In this document: positions 8,998 through 17,754 of the stretch, piece by piece
Layout of the letters: the number at the start of each line of letters is the position of its first letter
Position numbering within the stretch: position 1 is the stretch's first letter
Assembly (NCBI GenBank): GCA_964636355.1
Contig: CAZWRG010000001.1
Location: forward strand, 41,687-105,686
Direction of reading: 5' to 3'
Length of the DNA: 64,000 nucleotides
From: an uncultured Candidatus Saccharibacteria bacterium
Lineage (GTDB): Bacteria > Patescibacteriota > Saccharimonadia > Saccharimonadales > JAGQNK01
Position numbers and translations under genes: made by a program
The notes under the pieces: model-generated
Seen by the model: only the letters and a program-made list of their open reading frames with translations
What the model was told of the DNA's origin: nothing
Databases searched by the model: none

Positions 8998-11253
8998 TTA
9001 TAGAACTGGCGGTAAAGTGCTGAACGAAGCCGCGCCACCCCGCCCGCCTGAACCAGACCTCAACCACAACTCAGGTGTATAGATAAATACCTCCGCCGGA
9101 TCACCGCCAGCTTGGTAATTTTCATTAGTCGTTGCATTGCCGACTGTACCAGGCGTCCTGGAGAACTTTATCTGATCAGCCACCACGGCTCCGTAAACCG
9201 TCAATTTGTTATTACACATACCATTCCTTAGCAAAGGACCATTTGGCGGAAGTGGCCGGTTTACATACCTACCACAAGTATAGAATCTTCCCGTTGGATC
9301 AGCCCTATCCTCATCTCTTATTGCAACGAATAGGCCACTTATCTCTGAAACTGAACCTCTAATATATATATTTCCCTTAACAATTAGCCTGAACTGAGGG
9401 ATCTGATCAATGTTGCTATACATGCCCCCGGCATAGGTTATATTGTCTTCGATTATTACATCCCCTTTTATATATTTAGTCTCAGTCTGACCCATACCTA
9501 AGTTTCTACCGAATAGCCGCTGACTTCCCTCGGGATTATTGGGAGCTGTTGACCAGTAGTTAGGTCCGCAAGATAGTGCTGCCTGCTCTAAATTACCACC
9601 GTACTCAACTGATTCTGGCAGATTGGCAAAGCTTAGTCCTTTAGGCACATTCCTAAACTGCGCCGAAGCAAATCCGGTTATCTCGCCGAGAGCAAAAACT
9701 GCTAATTGCGCCCCGGCTCCGGAGTAGCTCGAGCTACCGTTGCTGCGGCCCCTGATAAATGCACTTTCGTTGACACTACAAGCTCCGTCTGAACCAGTGG
9801 CCGACATCCCCGCCAAAACATCCCCGCCATAAACCTTATGATACGGGAGAGTAGAAATATCTACCTCTTCACCCTCAGCACACAACACAGATCTATTAGT
9901 GATGGTACCTCCAGAGCCAGGATTCCATATCCTTATCCTGTATCTTATATGATAACTATCCGAACTGTTTATAAGCAAATTCTCAAATACACTCTCTGTA
10001 CCCCAAGCTGGCGCTAAACTTCTTGCACTAGTCACTGGAAATCCTGGCAGTGGATTATTTCCTTGTGAGTCTGATGAAATATTCAATACGATGTCGTATC
10101 TTAAATCCCTGGCTCTCCCCTGTGTACCAAAATTCTCAAGGTTAAGTCTGGCAGTTAGGTTAAATTGCTCACCTGGCTCTGGAGTGCCGACGTCAATATC
10201 ATATCCGCCGCAAGCCACGTTAGCACAAGCTGGTAGTGTCACATTATCATGGTGAGTAGTACCTAAAATTAATACCCGATATCCTTCGTCATAAACTGTA
10301 AAGTACTTTCTAACATCAAACTCAAACACATATCCATGCCATCTTCCTGCAGGATTAGTAGATGGTAGGTTTGCCAGCATTCGCTCAACCTCTACATACT
10401 GCCCATTAGGATTCCGTCTTTGAAGGACAACATTTTTAGGACTTGGGTCTCCCATTATGCGTGCACCGCCACGAATGATTCCACTATCACAGGTTCCACC
10501 TGCACTGATAAATATGGAAGTGCCCACATTTATTCTTATAGTTCTATATATTGTATTTTCTGGGCAGTTCGTACCACTTAGACCATTTGATGCAATCGCA
10601 CCACCATCAACACACCTATAGATGCCTCCTTCATATCTATGAACCATTCTATATTTATAGGCAACCTGGATGGTATGAGTCTGACCTGGAGCAAGACCGG
10701 ATAACCCAGATAGTCTGAAGACCTGAAATGCTGGGCCGAACCCGCTCACGACATATCTTTGATTATAAAAATGTGAGGGTCCGTAATCCAAGGTTACGTC
10801 ATAAGGGAAAGGTGCTGTCGTAGTGCCCGCTACTGCTCCAATAGATACACCCGGGGTTGAAGCCGTAAGGCTAACTGTATTAGTCCTTGTCTCTTGAATC
10901 GATTTGTCTACTATATTACCGCTTGAATCTATATTGGAATTGCAGTGCCTTGAAAGTGAGTTGATCATAAGATCAACTGATTCCGTACCTGCCTCAACAT
11001 TTATTTCTTGAACCCAGTTAGCGCCTCTCTGCGACAGCCAAACATCTTGGCCATGTTTGTGAATAGGGCTACTATTATCGATTCGGCAGAGATTCGCATT
11101 TGGATCGCCTGGCCTAACAATAAAATCGGGAACAGTATCGGTATTTTCCTCAATAGCACTGGCTTGTGCAGGTAGACCAAATATGAACAAACCGGTCAAC
11201 AGCGCAGCCAGCACCAAGCATTTTGTTTTAGTTTGTGGGTTACTAATGCTCAT
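8998..11253 (-). CDS. Large secreted Cys-containing protein, candidate pilus-associated adhesin
   Basis: Sec-type signal (..PAQASA|IEE); beta-rich; C-terminal GDVII/GNIYI/GAVVA repeats; lies directly upstream of pilM. Confidence 0.6.
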   Translation of the reverse strand: MSISNPQTKTKCLVLAALLTGLFIFGLPAQASAIEENTDTVPDFIVRPGDPNANLCRIDNSSPIHKHGQDVWLSQRGANWVQEINVEAGTESVDLMINSLSRHCNSNIDSSGNIVDKSIQETRTNTVSLTASTPGVSIGAVAGTTTAPFPYDVTLDYGPSHFYNQRYVVSGFGPAFQVFRLSGLSGLAPGQTHTIQVAYKYRMVHRYEGGIYRCVDGGAIASNGLSGTNCPENTIYRTIRINVGTSIFISAGGTCDSGIIRGGARIMGDPSPKNVVLQRRNPNGQYVEVERMLANLPSTNPAGRWHGYVFEFDVRKYFTVYDEGYRVLILGTTHHDNVTLPACANVACGGYDIDVGTPEPGEQFNLTARLNLENFGTQGRARDLRYDIVLNISSDSQGNNPLPGFPVTSARSLAPAWGTESVFENLLINSSDSYHIRYRIRIWNPGSGGTITNRSVLCAEGEEVDISTLPYHKVYGGDVLAGMSATGSDGACSVNESAFIRGRSNGSSSYSGAGAQLAVFALGEITGFASAQFRNVPKGLSFANLPESVEYGGNLEQAALSCGPNYWSTAPNNPEGSQRLFGRNLGMGQTETKYIKGDVIIEDNITYAGGMYSNIDQIPQFRLIVKGNIYIRGSVSEISGLFVAIRDEDRADPTGRFYTCGRYVNRPLPPNGPLLRNGMCNNKLTVYGAVVADQIKFSRTPGTVGNATTNENYQAGGDPAEVFIYTPELWLRSGSGGRGGAASFSTLPPVL

Positions 11254-11255
11254 AA

Positions 11256-11786
11256 TCAATCAAAGTAAATCGTATTATTTTTAACTTCTTCTGTTCTCTC
11301 CCTTAGCCTATCTATATCGTCAGACAAATCCTTAATGTCAGCCGAACGGTATCTGTAAACCGGCGGAAAGCCCTGGCTCTCATCATATACTTCAGCCAAG
11401 ATATTATAATTACTCTCGCTATCAGACAGATTTCCAGTATTCACACTATAAATAGCTACTGGGTACATACAAGCAACATCGGTTTCGTACTTGTCGAACT
11501 GTTTTATTTTATCTACTTGCTCTTTTAATTTGTCCTTTTCTAGAGGCATAAGATATTTTGCTACCTCATTTTGAACGTCTACTCCGCAAACAACCTCGTC
11601 TTTTTCGCTAACAAATAAACCGTTCTTATACAGAGCAAAACCAACCGCGGGAATAACTAAAATTAAACCCATTCCGACCAGTAATATACCTCGCCGATTT
11701 AGCCTGCGTTTAGTGTTATTAGAAGCAGAATCTATAGGCTTATCAGGTTTTTTATCAGGAGTTTTGCGTAATTTTATAGATTTCAT
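11256..11786 (-). CDS. Hypothetical single-TM protein
   Basis: 176-aa ORF with a basic N-terminus and one TM helix, coupled to the downstream large secreted protein. Confidence 0.7.
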   Translation of the reverse strand: MKSIKLRKTPDKKPDKPIDSASNNTKRRLNRRGILLVGMGLILVIPAVGFALYKNGLFVSEKDEVVCGVDVQNEVAKYLMPLEKDKLKEQVDKIKQFDKYETDVACMYPVAIYSVNTGNLSDSESNYNILAEVYDESQGFPPVYRYRSADIKDLSDDIDRLRERTEEVKNNTIYFD

Positions 11787-11918
11787 AGCATTAGCACTTT
11801 GGTATTAATCATAAACCAATTAACGACTAAATAAAAGCCCGGAAGCCCAAGCAGTGGGCTAGACTAGTGTCTCAAAAATTGAGAATCTACTCTACCTCTG
11901 TTATAATTACATTTAACT

Positions 11919-13007
11919 ATGGCGAGTTTATCTATTGCGATTGTGGGGTTGCCGAATGTTGGCAAGTCAACGCTTTTTAACGCCCTGACCGACAATAATA
12001 TTTTGGCGGCTAACTATCCTTTTGCAACGATCGAGCCAAACACCGGGATTGTGCCAGTGCCGGACGAACGTCTCAGCAAATTGGCTGAAATTTATGGATC
12101 AAGTAAAATTCTGCCAGCCACAGTTACTTTTGTGGACATTGCCGGACTGGTTGAAGGCGCCAGCCAAGGCGAAGGCTTAGGCAATCAGTTCTTGAGTCAC
12201 ATTAGAAGCTGCAATGCTATTTGCCAAGTGGTGCGCGCTTTTGAAGACCCCAATGTACTCAGAAGCGATTCCAGCAAAGACCCGCTGCATGACATTGAAA
12301 TTATTAATACCGAACTGACGATTGCCGATCTCCAAACCGTCGAAAAACGGCTGCCAAGAACCCAGAAAGAAGCCCGGGCTAACCCCAAGCTAAAACCCTT
12401 GGCCGAGCTGATAGAAAAAATCAAAAACCAACTAAACCAAGGCCAGCCTCTGTGGAAAAACCCCGAACTCTTAGAGCAATATCAGGAACAAGCCAGCGAC
12501 CTACAGCTCCTCACCGCTAAGCCAATAATATATTTATTCAACTTGGATGATAATCAATTAAACAATGAGTCAAAAAAACAAGAATTGGCCAAACTGGTGG
12601 CGCCGGCTAAGTCAGTGATGGTTAGCGCTAAACTGGAGGATGAACTGCGCGGCCTGGATCAAGATGACCGTCTGGAAATGCTGGAAAGCTACGGCCAGGA
12701 CGAGCCGGGTCTCAACAAAGTTATTCACGCCGCCTATAACACCTTGGGGCTGCAAAGTTACTTAACCGCCGGGCCAAAAGAAGTTCGGGCTTGGACGATT
12801 AAAAAAGGCTCCACTGCCCCGGAGGCCGCCGGCGTAATTCATGGCGACTTCGAAAGAGGCTTTATTGCCGCACAAATTATTGACTACAATGATCTAATAG
12901 AAGCCGGCTCCGAACAAGCCGCCAAAGCCGCCGGCAAAATGCGTACCGAAGGCAAATCCTACATTATGCAGCCAAACGATGTAGTTGAGTTCCGGTTCAA
13001 CGTGTAG
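11919..13007 (+). CDS. ychF: Redox-regulated ATPase YchF (Obg family)
   Basis: GLPNVGKST, ANYPFATIEPN, DIAGLV, IHGDFERGFI, VVEFRFNV. Confidence 0.97.
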   Translation: MASLSIAIVGLPNVGKSTLFNALTDNNILAANYPFATIEPNTGIVPVPDERLSKLAEIYGSSKILPATVTFVDIAGLVEGASQGEGLGNQFLSHIRSCNAICQVVRAFEDPNVLRSDSSKDPLHDIEIINTELTIADLQTVEKRLPRTQKEARANPKLKPLAELIEKIKNQLNQGQPLWKNPELLEQYQEQASDLQLLTAKPIIYLFNLDDNQLNNESKKQELAKLVAPAKSVMVSAKLEDELRGLDQDDRLEMLESYGQDEPGLNKVIHAAYNTLGLQSYLTAGPKEVRAWTIKKGSTAPEAAGVIHGDFERGFIAAQIIDYNDLIEAGSEQAAKAAGKMRTEGKSYIMQPNDVVEFRFNV

Positions 13008-13665
13008 TTTGATTTGCCCAATGTAGCGGCAGAGTTTCTATAATTTTTATAATGCCGTCCGGCTCTGGAATGGTGTTGTCTTCGTAATAATGATTAGTGT
13101 CAAAGAAATCTGCCGGCACGTTCAAACAGATTAGCCCGTCGCCCATAAGATGCATCTTATCAACCGCTGTCACACTTGCGAACGGTGTCACAATGATCAA
13201 TTTTTTGGTTTTAACGGGCTTCAAATAGTCATAAGCCAGATCAAGCGACATCCCGTTTTGCAAGCCATCAGAAACTAAAATAACCACTCGGTTTTTGAGC
13301 AAATCCTGGTTAATCTCGCCGCCCTCACCAAGCAGCACGTGCAGCCGCCGCAACTTCTCCAAACGCTGCGCTTCAATATGATTAATGTACTCACTGTGCA
13401 TGGCCTCAATTTCTCCGGTCGAGAAACGGTTGTTGTAAGTAAAGGTATTGTTAGAGGTTATCGCCGCCAGCGGCTCGTGCTCACCTGGCAGCACAATGTT
13501 TTCGGTCATTAAAATCATCAGTGGCGCATGAATTTGCATGGCAATCTGAGCGCCAACCAACACTGCTCCCGGCGTGAGAGCAATAGTTGCACAATTTTGA
13601 TTACTGTACTCGGTTAGTTGTTTGGCGAGTTGACGACCAGCATCAGCACGGTTTTTGAAATACAT
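12997..13665 (-). CDS. Phosphoribosyltransferase-family protein with a degenerate PRPP loop
   Basis: MYFKNRADAGRQLA start typical of this PRTase subfamily; VILVSDGLQNG in place of VDDGxATG. Confidence 0.75.
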   Translation of the reverse strand: MYFKNRADAGRQLAKQLTEYSNQNCATIALTPGAVLVGAQIAMQIHAPLMILMTENIVLPGEHEPLAAITSNNTFTYNNRFSTGEIEAMHSEYINHIEAQRLEKLRRLHVLLGEGGEINQDLLKNRVVILVSDGLQNGMSLDLAYDYLKPVKTKKLIIVTPFASVTAVDKMHLMGDGLICLNVPADFFDTNHYYEDNTIPEPDGIIKIIETLPLHWANQTTR

Positions 13666-13705
13666 TATTGATTAGTTTAGGAGTGCCGAGGTAAAAAAGC
13701 AAACT

Positions 13706-14452
13706 TCAGATTATCTTCTTCAGCAGATAGAACCTTTCGCGGTTGCCTTTGGCACCAGTGACTTCAGAGTCGGCCTTGTCGACAATCACGAACAGTTTCT
13801 TTACCCACAACTCAAAGTCCTGCAGAACCTTACGGCGCATTGCATCATTTTTTATAACTCCCTTGTGTTTTAAGCCACTTTGAACTGCTTCAAACTGCGG
13901 CTTAACCATGGCGATAATCTGTGTGTTTTTATCTGTTATTGTGGCAACATGCGGCAAAATCTCGCGAAGCGATATAAAGGAAACGTCACCTACCACCACA
14001 TCAATGTGTTCAGTTGGTCTAAAGTTCCGAATGTCGGTCTTTTCATGTAGCTCAATGCGCGGGTCGCCGTGTAAATTTGGGTGTAGTTGATCGGTTCCTA
14101 ACTCAACCGCATAGACTTTTTTGGCGCCATGCTGCAAGGCATAATCAGTAAATCCGCCAGTACTACTGCCAATATCCAGCACTACTTTGCCCTTAAAATC
14201 TAATTTGAGCATTTTAGCCACCGAGGACAACTTCAGCCCCGCCCGGCTGACATATTGCTCCCTTGTGGTTAGTCTAATTTTGTCGTCGGCCGACACCAGC
14301 GTGCCGGGCTTGGTAATAATTTTTTTATTCACCACCACCTTGCCGAGTCGAATGTAGCTCTCAGCCTGGGAGCGACTGGAAACAATCGCTCGTTTGACTA
14401 ATTCTTGATCAAGCCGGGTTTTGTTGGACGATAGATGTTGGACGCTGGACAT
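13706..14452 (-). CDS. tlyA: TlyA family rRNA 2'-O-methyltransferase
   Basis: S4 domain RLDQELV, YVSRAGLKL, LDIGSSTGGFTD, DVSFISL, VKPQFE, GNRE. Confidence 0.95.
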   Translation of the reverse strand: MSSVQHLSSNKTRLDQELVKRAIVSSRSQAESYIRLGKVVVNKKIITKPGTLVSADDKIRLTTREQYVSRAGLKLSSVAKMLKLDFKGKVVLDIGSSTGGFTDYALQHGAKKVYAVELGTDQLHPNLHGDPRIELHEKTDIRNFRPTEHIDVVVGDVSFISLREILPHVATITDKNTQIIAMVKPQFEAVQSGLKHKGVIKNDAMRRKVLQDFELWVKKLFVIVDKADSEVTGAKGNRERFYLLKKII

Positions 14453-14458
14453 TAGACA
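14424..14458. repeat. Heptamer array, 3' flank of the four-helix-bundle gene
   Basis: ttggacg atagatg ttggacg ctggaca ttagaca. Confidence 0.85.
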
Positions 14459-14835
14459 GCCTTCTTTGAAGCTTTGTGAGCTTTTAGCAAGCCATTGAGT
14501 AGTTTGTGGGCTATATTTGCGTTGTCTGCTATTACCTGAAAATCTTTGGATGCTATAAATCCCAAATCTCTTGCAAGAATTAGCTGACTTTTGATTTCAT
14601 ACAAAGACCCTGAAGCCATAGTGTAAAAGTGTTCTTTGTCAGCCTGAGTGCTTCTACCATAACCTTCGGCAATATTGGACGTCACGGAAACAGCAGCCCT
14701 CTTAAGCTGCGCACTTAGACCAAACTGTTCAGAGCTAGGAAAATTTTTTGTAAGTTTATATATATCAAGTGAAAGCCTGTGAGATCCCTGCCAAGCCTTG
14801 AGGTCTGTGAAAGAGGTCATTTTCCTATCATCCAT
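14452..14835 (-). CDS. Four helix bundle protein (23S rRNA intervening-sequence protein / TIGR02436, Avd-like)
   Basis: FTDLKAWQ, FPSSEQFGLSAQLKRAAVSVTSNIAEGYGR, ASGSLYEIKSQL are family hallmarks. Confidence 0.93.
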   Translation of the reverse strand: MDDRKMTSFTDLKAWQGSHRLSLDIYKLTKNFPSSEQFGLSAQLKRAAVSVTSNIAEGYGRSTQADKEHFYTMASGSLYEIKSQLILARDLGFIASKDFQVIADNANIAHKLLNGLLKAHKASKKAV

Positions 14836-14856
14836 CGTCTATAGTCCAGCGTCTAC
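14829..14856. repeat. Heptamer array, 5' flank of the four-helix-bundle gene (inverted relative to 14424-14458)
   Basis: catccat cgtctat agtccag cgtctac. Confidence 0.85.
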
Positions 14857-15416
14857 TTCACTCGTTCGCGGTAGGCGCCAGTTGTTGTATCTACAGAAAT
14901 TAGATCGCCAACTTTCACAAAAGCCGGAACCTTCACGGTGATGCCAGTTTCTACGGTTGCGTCTTTTAGCACACTCGATGTCGTGTCACCTTTAACTACG
15001 TCTTCAGTATAGGTCACTTTTAAAGGGACATTTTTAGCTAGCTCAATGTTGATGACTCGACCATCAAAAAACTGAGCTTGAACAATATCACCTTCTTTCA
15101 TAAAGCCCGCCTGCTCGGCCATGTCTTCGGCTGGCAGTTCAAATTGCTCATAGGTGTCTCGATCCATAAAAAAGAACGTAGTGTCGTCTTTGTACAAATA
15201 CTGCACGTTCTTATTGGTCACATCGGCCGATTCTATCGACTCGTTACCCTTGAAGGTTTTGTCTAAAACCTTTCCATCAATCAGGCTCTTGATTTTGACA
15301 TTTACAATTGAGCCGCCGCGGCCCATCACCTTTTGAGCATACTCCACGACTCGATACGGCACGCCGTCCAGCTGAAAAACCTGCCCTTTCTTAAGATCCG
15401 TTACCCCTAGCGCCAT
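14853..15416 (-). CDS. efp: Elongation factor P
   Basis: DLKKG, MGRGGS loop, KGDT, VPAFVKVGD, TGAYRER; ATG at 15416 follows an aggag RBS. Confidence 0.95.
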   Translation of the reverse strand: MALGVTDLKKGQVFQLDGVPYRVVEYAQKVMGRGGSIVNVKIKSLIDGKVLDKTFKGNESIESADVTNKNVQYLYKDDTTFFFMDRDTYEQFELPAEDMAEQAGFMKEGDIVQAQFFDGRVINIELAKNVPLKVTYTEDVVKGDTTSSVLKDATVETGITVKVPAFVKVGDLISVDTTTGAYRERVK

Positions 15417-15548
15417 ACTCACTCCTTGCTGGTTGATAATTCCTCTTTTACACTTATCATTTTTCAATTAGGTACCATTTTCTATCTCTAGAAACGTGGC
15501 TAATGAATAATAATTTGGTAAATGAAAATTTGTTAACTTGGTAAATTA

Positions 15549-16019
15549 TTAGAATGGAATGTCGTCCAAATTAATCGGCTCATCACCGATGTCCTCTACA
15601 ACAACGTCATCTTTTTTACTTGGCTTGGCTGCGGCTGATCCGCCGCCGCTACCGTTGCCAGAGCCACCGCCCTCGCCGCCGCCGGGACCACCCAGGAAGG
15701 TTACGTCTTGCGCCACAACCTCTACTTTGCTGCGCTTCTTACCAGTTTCCTTATCTTCCCAGCTACTGGACTGCAAACGACCATTGACCAGGCATGGTCG
15801 GCCTTTGCTTAGATACTGCGCCACTCGTTCGCCAAGCGGACCCCAGGCGATTATATCAATGAAATCGGTCGCCTCTTGCCACTCGCCATTACTGCCTTTG
15901 TAGCTGCGATTAAGCGCCAGACCAAAGCTGGTAACACTTGTGCCGCTTGGGGTCTGGCGAACTTCTGGGTCCCGAGTTAGGTTGCCCATTAAAATTACTT
16001 GGTTAAATGATCGAGCCAT
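15549..16019 (-). CDS. ssb: Single-stranded DNA-binding protein
   Basis: NQVILMGNLTRDPE, Gly-rich linker, DDIPF tail. Confidence 0.98.
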   Translation of the reverse strand: MARSFNQVILMGNLTRDPEVRQTPSGTSVTSFGLALNRSYKGSNGEWQEATDFIDIIAWGPLGERVAQYLSKGRPCLVNGRLQSSSWEDKETGKKRSKVEVVAQDVTFLGGPGGGEGGGSGNGSGGGSAAAKPSKKDDVVVEDIGDEPINLDDIPF

Positions 16020-16123
16020 TTTAATCCTCCTTACAAGAACTATGTCTTGGATTAGTTTGTTGTACCTTCACACTACGCTGAATTCTGACTATCGTCAAGA
16101 TAGCCCAACTTGGAACCTAAATT

Positions 16124-16327
16124 CTAGTTGCTGGCTACGAATGGCAGCAAAGCAATGTGCCTAGCACGCTTGATGGCGACAGCCAATCGTCGTTGTTCGT
16201 GCTCTTTCAGGCCAGTCTTTTTTCGGGTCTCAATCTGTCCAAATTGATTAACGTAGCGCTGCAAAGTCTTGAAATCTTTGTAGTCGAAATATGGAACATC
16301 TGTTCGGTGTTTAAAAATTTTCGCCAT
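16124..16327 (-). CDS. rpsR: 30S ribosomal protein S18
   Basis: FDYKD, QRRLAVAIKRARHIALLPF. Confidence 0.97.
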   Translation of the reverse strand: MAKIFKHRTDVPYFDYKDFKTLQRYVNQFGQIETRKKTGLKEHEQRRLAVAIKRARHIALLPFVASN

Positions 16328-16343
16328 TTTATTCTCCTTTTAA

Positions 16344-16425
16344 ATAGAATTTGAAATCTGGATTTTAGATCATAGAATGGCTGCAGCCGGATTCTAAAAT
16401 CTAAATTCTATAATCTAATTTCTAA
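16344..16425. repeat. Inverted heptamer arrays between rpsF and rpsR
   Basis: atagaat ttgaaat ctggatt ttagatc atagaat - ggctgcagcc gg - attctaa aatctaa attctat aatctaa tttctaa. Confidence 0.85.
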
Positions 16426-16811
16426 TTTTCTTCATCCTTTTCATCGTCTTCGTCATTGGCGCGGTCACCGCGCTCAGCCTGTTTTTTGGCTTTTTCAGCC
16501 TTCAAAGCTTCGGCTTTAGCAATTGCTTTAAGATCCGGCTTGGTGATCAAAAAGCGAATGACTTCATCGGTGATGTTAAGAGTTGTCTCAACCTTTTTAA
16601 CCGATTCGCCAGGCATTTCTACGGTGTAAAAAACATAAACCGCGTGTTCCTGCTTGGCAATTGTATAGGCCAGTTTTTTCTTGCCCCAATTGTCAGTGCT
16701 TATTACTTTTCCACCGTTATCGGTGAAAATTTTGGTCACCCGCTCTTCGGCTTTCGACAAGTCGATTTCTAGATCCGGATGATATAAAACCGCAATTTCA
16801 TATTGCGCCAT
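16422..16811 (-). CDS. rpsF: 30S ribosomal protein S6
   Basis: YEIAVL, WGKKKLAYTI, VIRFLI. Confidence 0.97.
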   Translation of the reverse strand: MAQYEIAVLYHPDLEIDLSKAEERVTKIFTDNGGKVISTDNWGKKKLAYTIAKQEHAVYVFYTVEMPGESVKKVETTLNITDEVIRFLITKPDLKAIAKAEALKAEKAKKQAERGDRANDEDDEKDEEN

Positions 16812-16885
16812 AAGAGTGATTCCTCCGTTGGTTAAAACCCATGCGCTCTTTAATTTTGGCCATGAGTTGAGTTAATAACTCGTTA

Positions 16886-16914
16886 ATTATACAGCTGACA
16901 CCTCTGTTAGTCAA
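16886..16914 (-). promoter_or_regulatory. Sigma70-type promoter of the rpsF-rpsR-ssb operon
   Basis: TTGACT-17 nt-TATAAT. Confidence 0.8.
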
Positions 16915-16998
16915 GCATTGCCGCATCAAAATGTTTGACTGAGCCTAACAATTAGCCCAAAATAATAATTAACAATGCAGCGGATGGCCCAAAACTAA

Positions 16999-17754
16999 AT
17001 GATTACCGAGGCGCGACTTTCTCCAGAGCTGCCAGAGAAGTTCGCCCGTCTTTATGACCCAAGTAGTGGCAAGTTCGAGACTCCACTCGATGTAATTGGA
17101 GTTGCTGATATTGATGCAATTTTTGAGTTAGCGCTTTGGACCTATCCAAATCCAGAAAATCTGCCTGAAATCCTGGTCGGCGAGCGTAACATTCACCACG
17201 TATATTTCACTCAAGCTTGGTGGAAGAATTATGCTGACGCCCACCCCGAGCCCGAAAGACAAATAATTTCCGAGTTTAGAGATGGCGTGCCTCAAAAAGC
17301 CTGCATTCCAATTCCAATTCATGCTTGGATAGAATTTATCATGGAGCCGCCTCCGCCGCCGTCAATTGAAGTAATGGATCGATGCAACGCTTCTTGGGAA
17401 GTTGCCTCAATTTTACTTAAAAATGTCATGAAATTTGACGAAGCCAGGCGTAATTATCAATCCAAAAAACACACTAACCGAATTATTTACGGAGATTTTG
17501 AAGGTCTGACCCCAGAATCTGCCAAGCAAGATTTTGAAGTTATGGAGATTTCTAATCAGGAGTATTTATTAAGTGAACTAAACCGTCGACTTAGTGACTG
17601 GAGAGACTCCGCTGGCTTAATTGAGCTGGTACCAAAGGAGTTCAGTTTAATTGAAATGCCCCGATTATCTGAGGTTCGTAGGCTTCAGCGGCGACTGAGC
17701 AAAAAAGGCGCCTTGCTGCCTAAAGGACTGGTTGAACTTGAGCTCGTAGCCTAA
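16999..17754 (+). CDS. Hypothetical protein
   Basis: 251-aa ORF filling the gap between rpsF and ftsK; HH...H residues and a poly-Pro stretch. Confidence 0.75.
   Translation: MITEARLSPELPEKFARLYDPSSGKFETPLDVIGVADIDAIFELALWTYPNPENLPEILVGERNIHHVYFTQAWWKNYADAHPEPERQIISEFRDGVPQKACIPIPIHAWIEFIMEPPPPPSIEVMDRCNASWEVASILLKNVMKFDEARRNYQSKKHTNRIIYGDFEGLTPESAKQDFEVMEISNQEYLLSELNRRLSDWRDSAGLIELVPKEFSLIEMPRLSEVRRLQRRLSKKGALLPKGLVELELVA

Noticed and set aside
14452-14835. Four-helix-bundle gene as part of a 23S rRNA IVS or a diversity-generating retroelement
   Set aside because: The flanks are efp and tlyA, not rRNA. No reverse transcriptase and no TR/VR repeat pair with adenine-specific mismatches were seen in the window.
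16020-16123. Heptamer hairpin between rpsR and ssb
   Set aside because: There is some complementarity (tcttgg/tcaaga) but no convincing 7-nt period.
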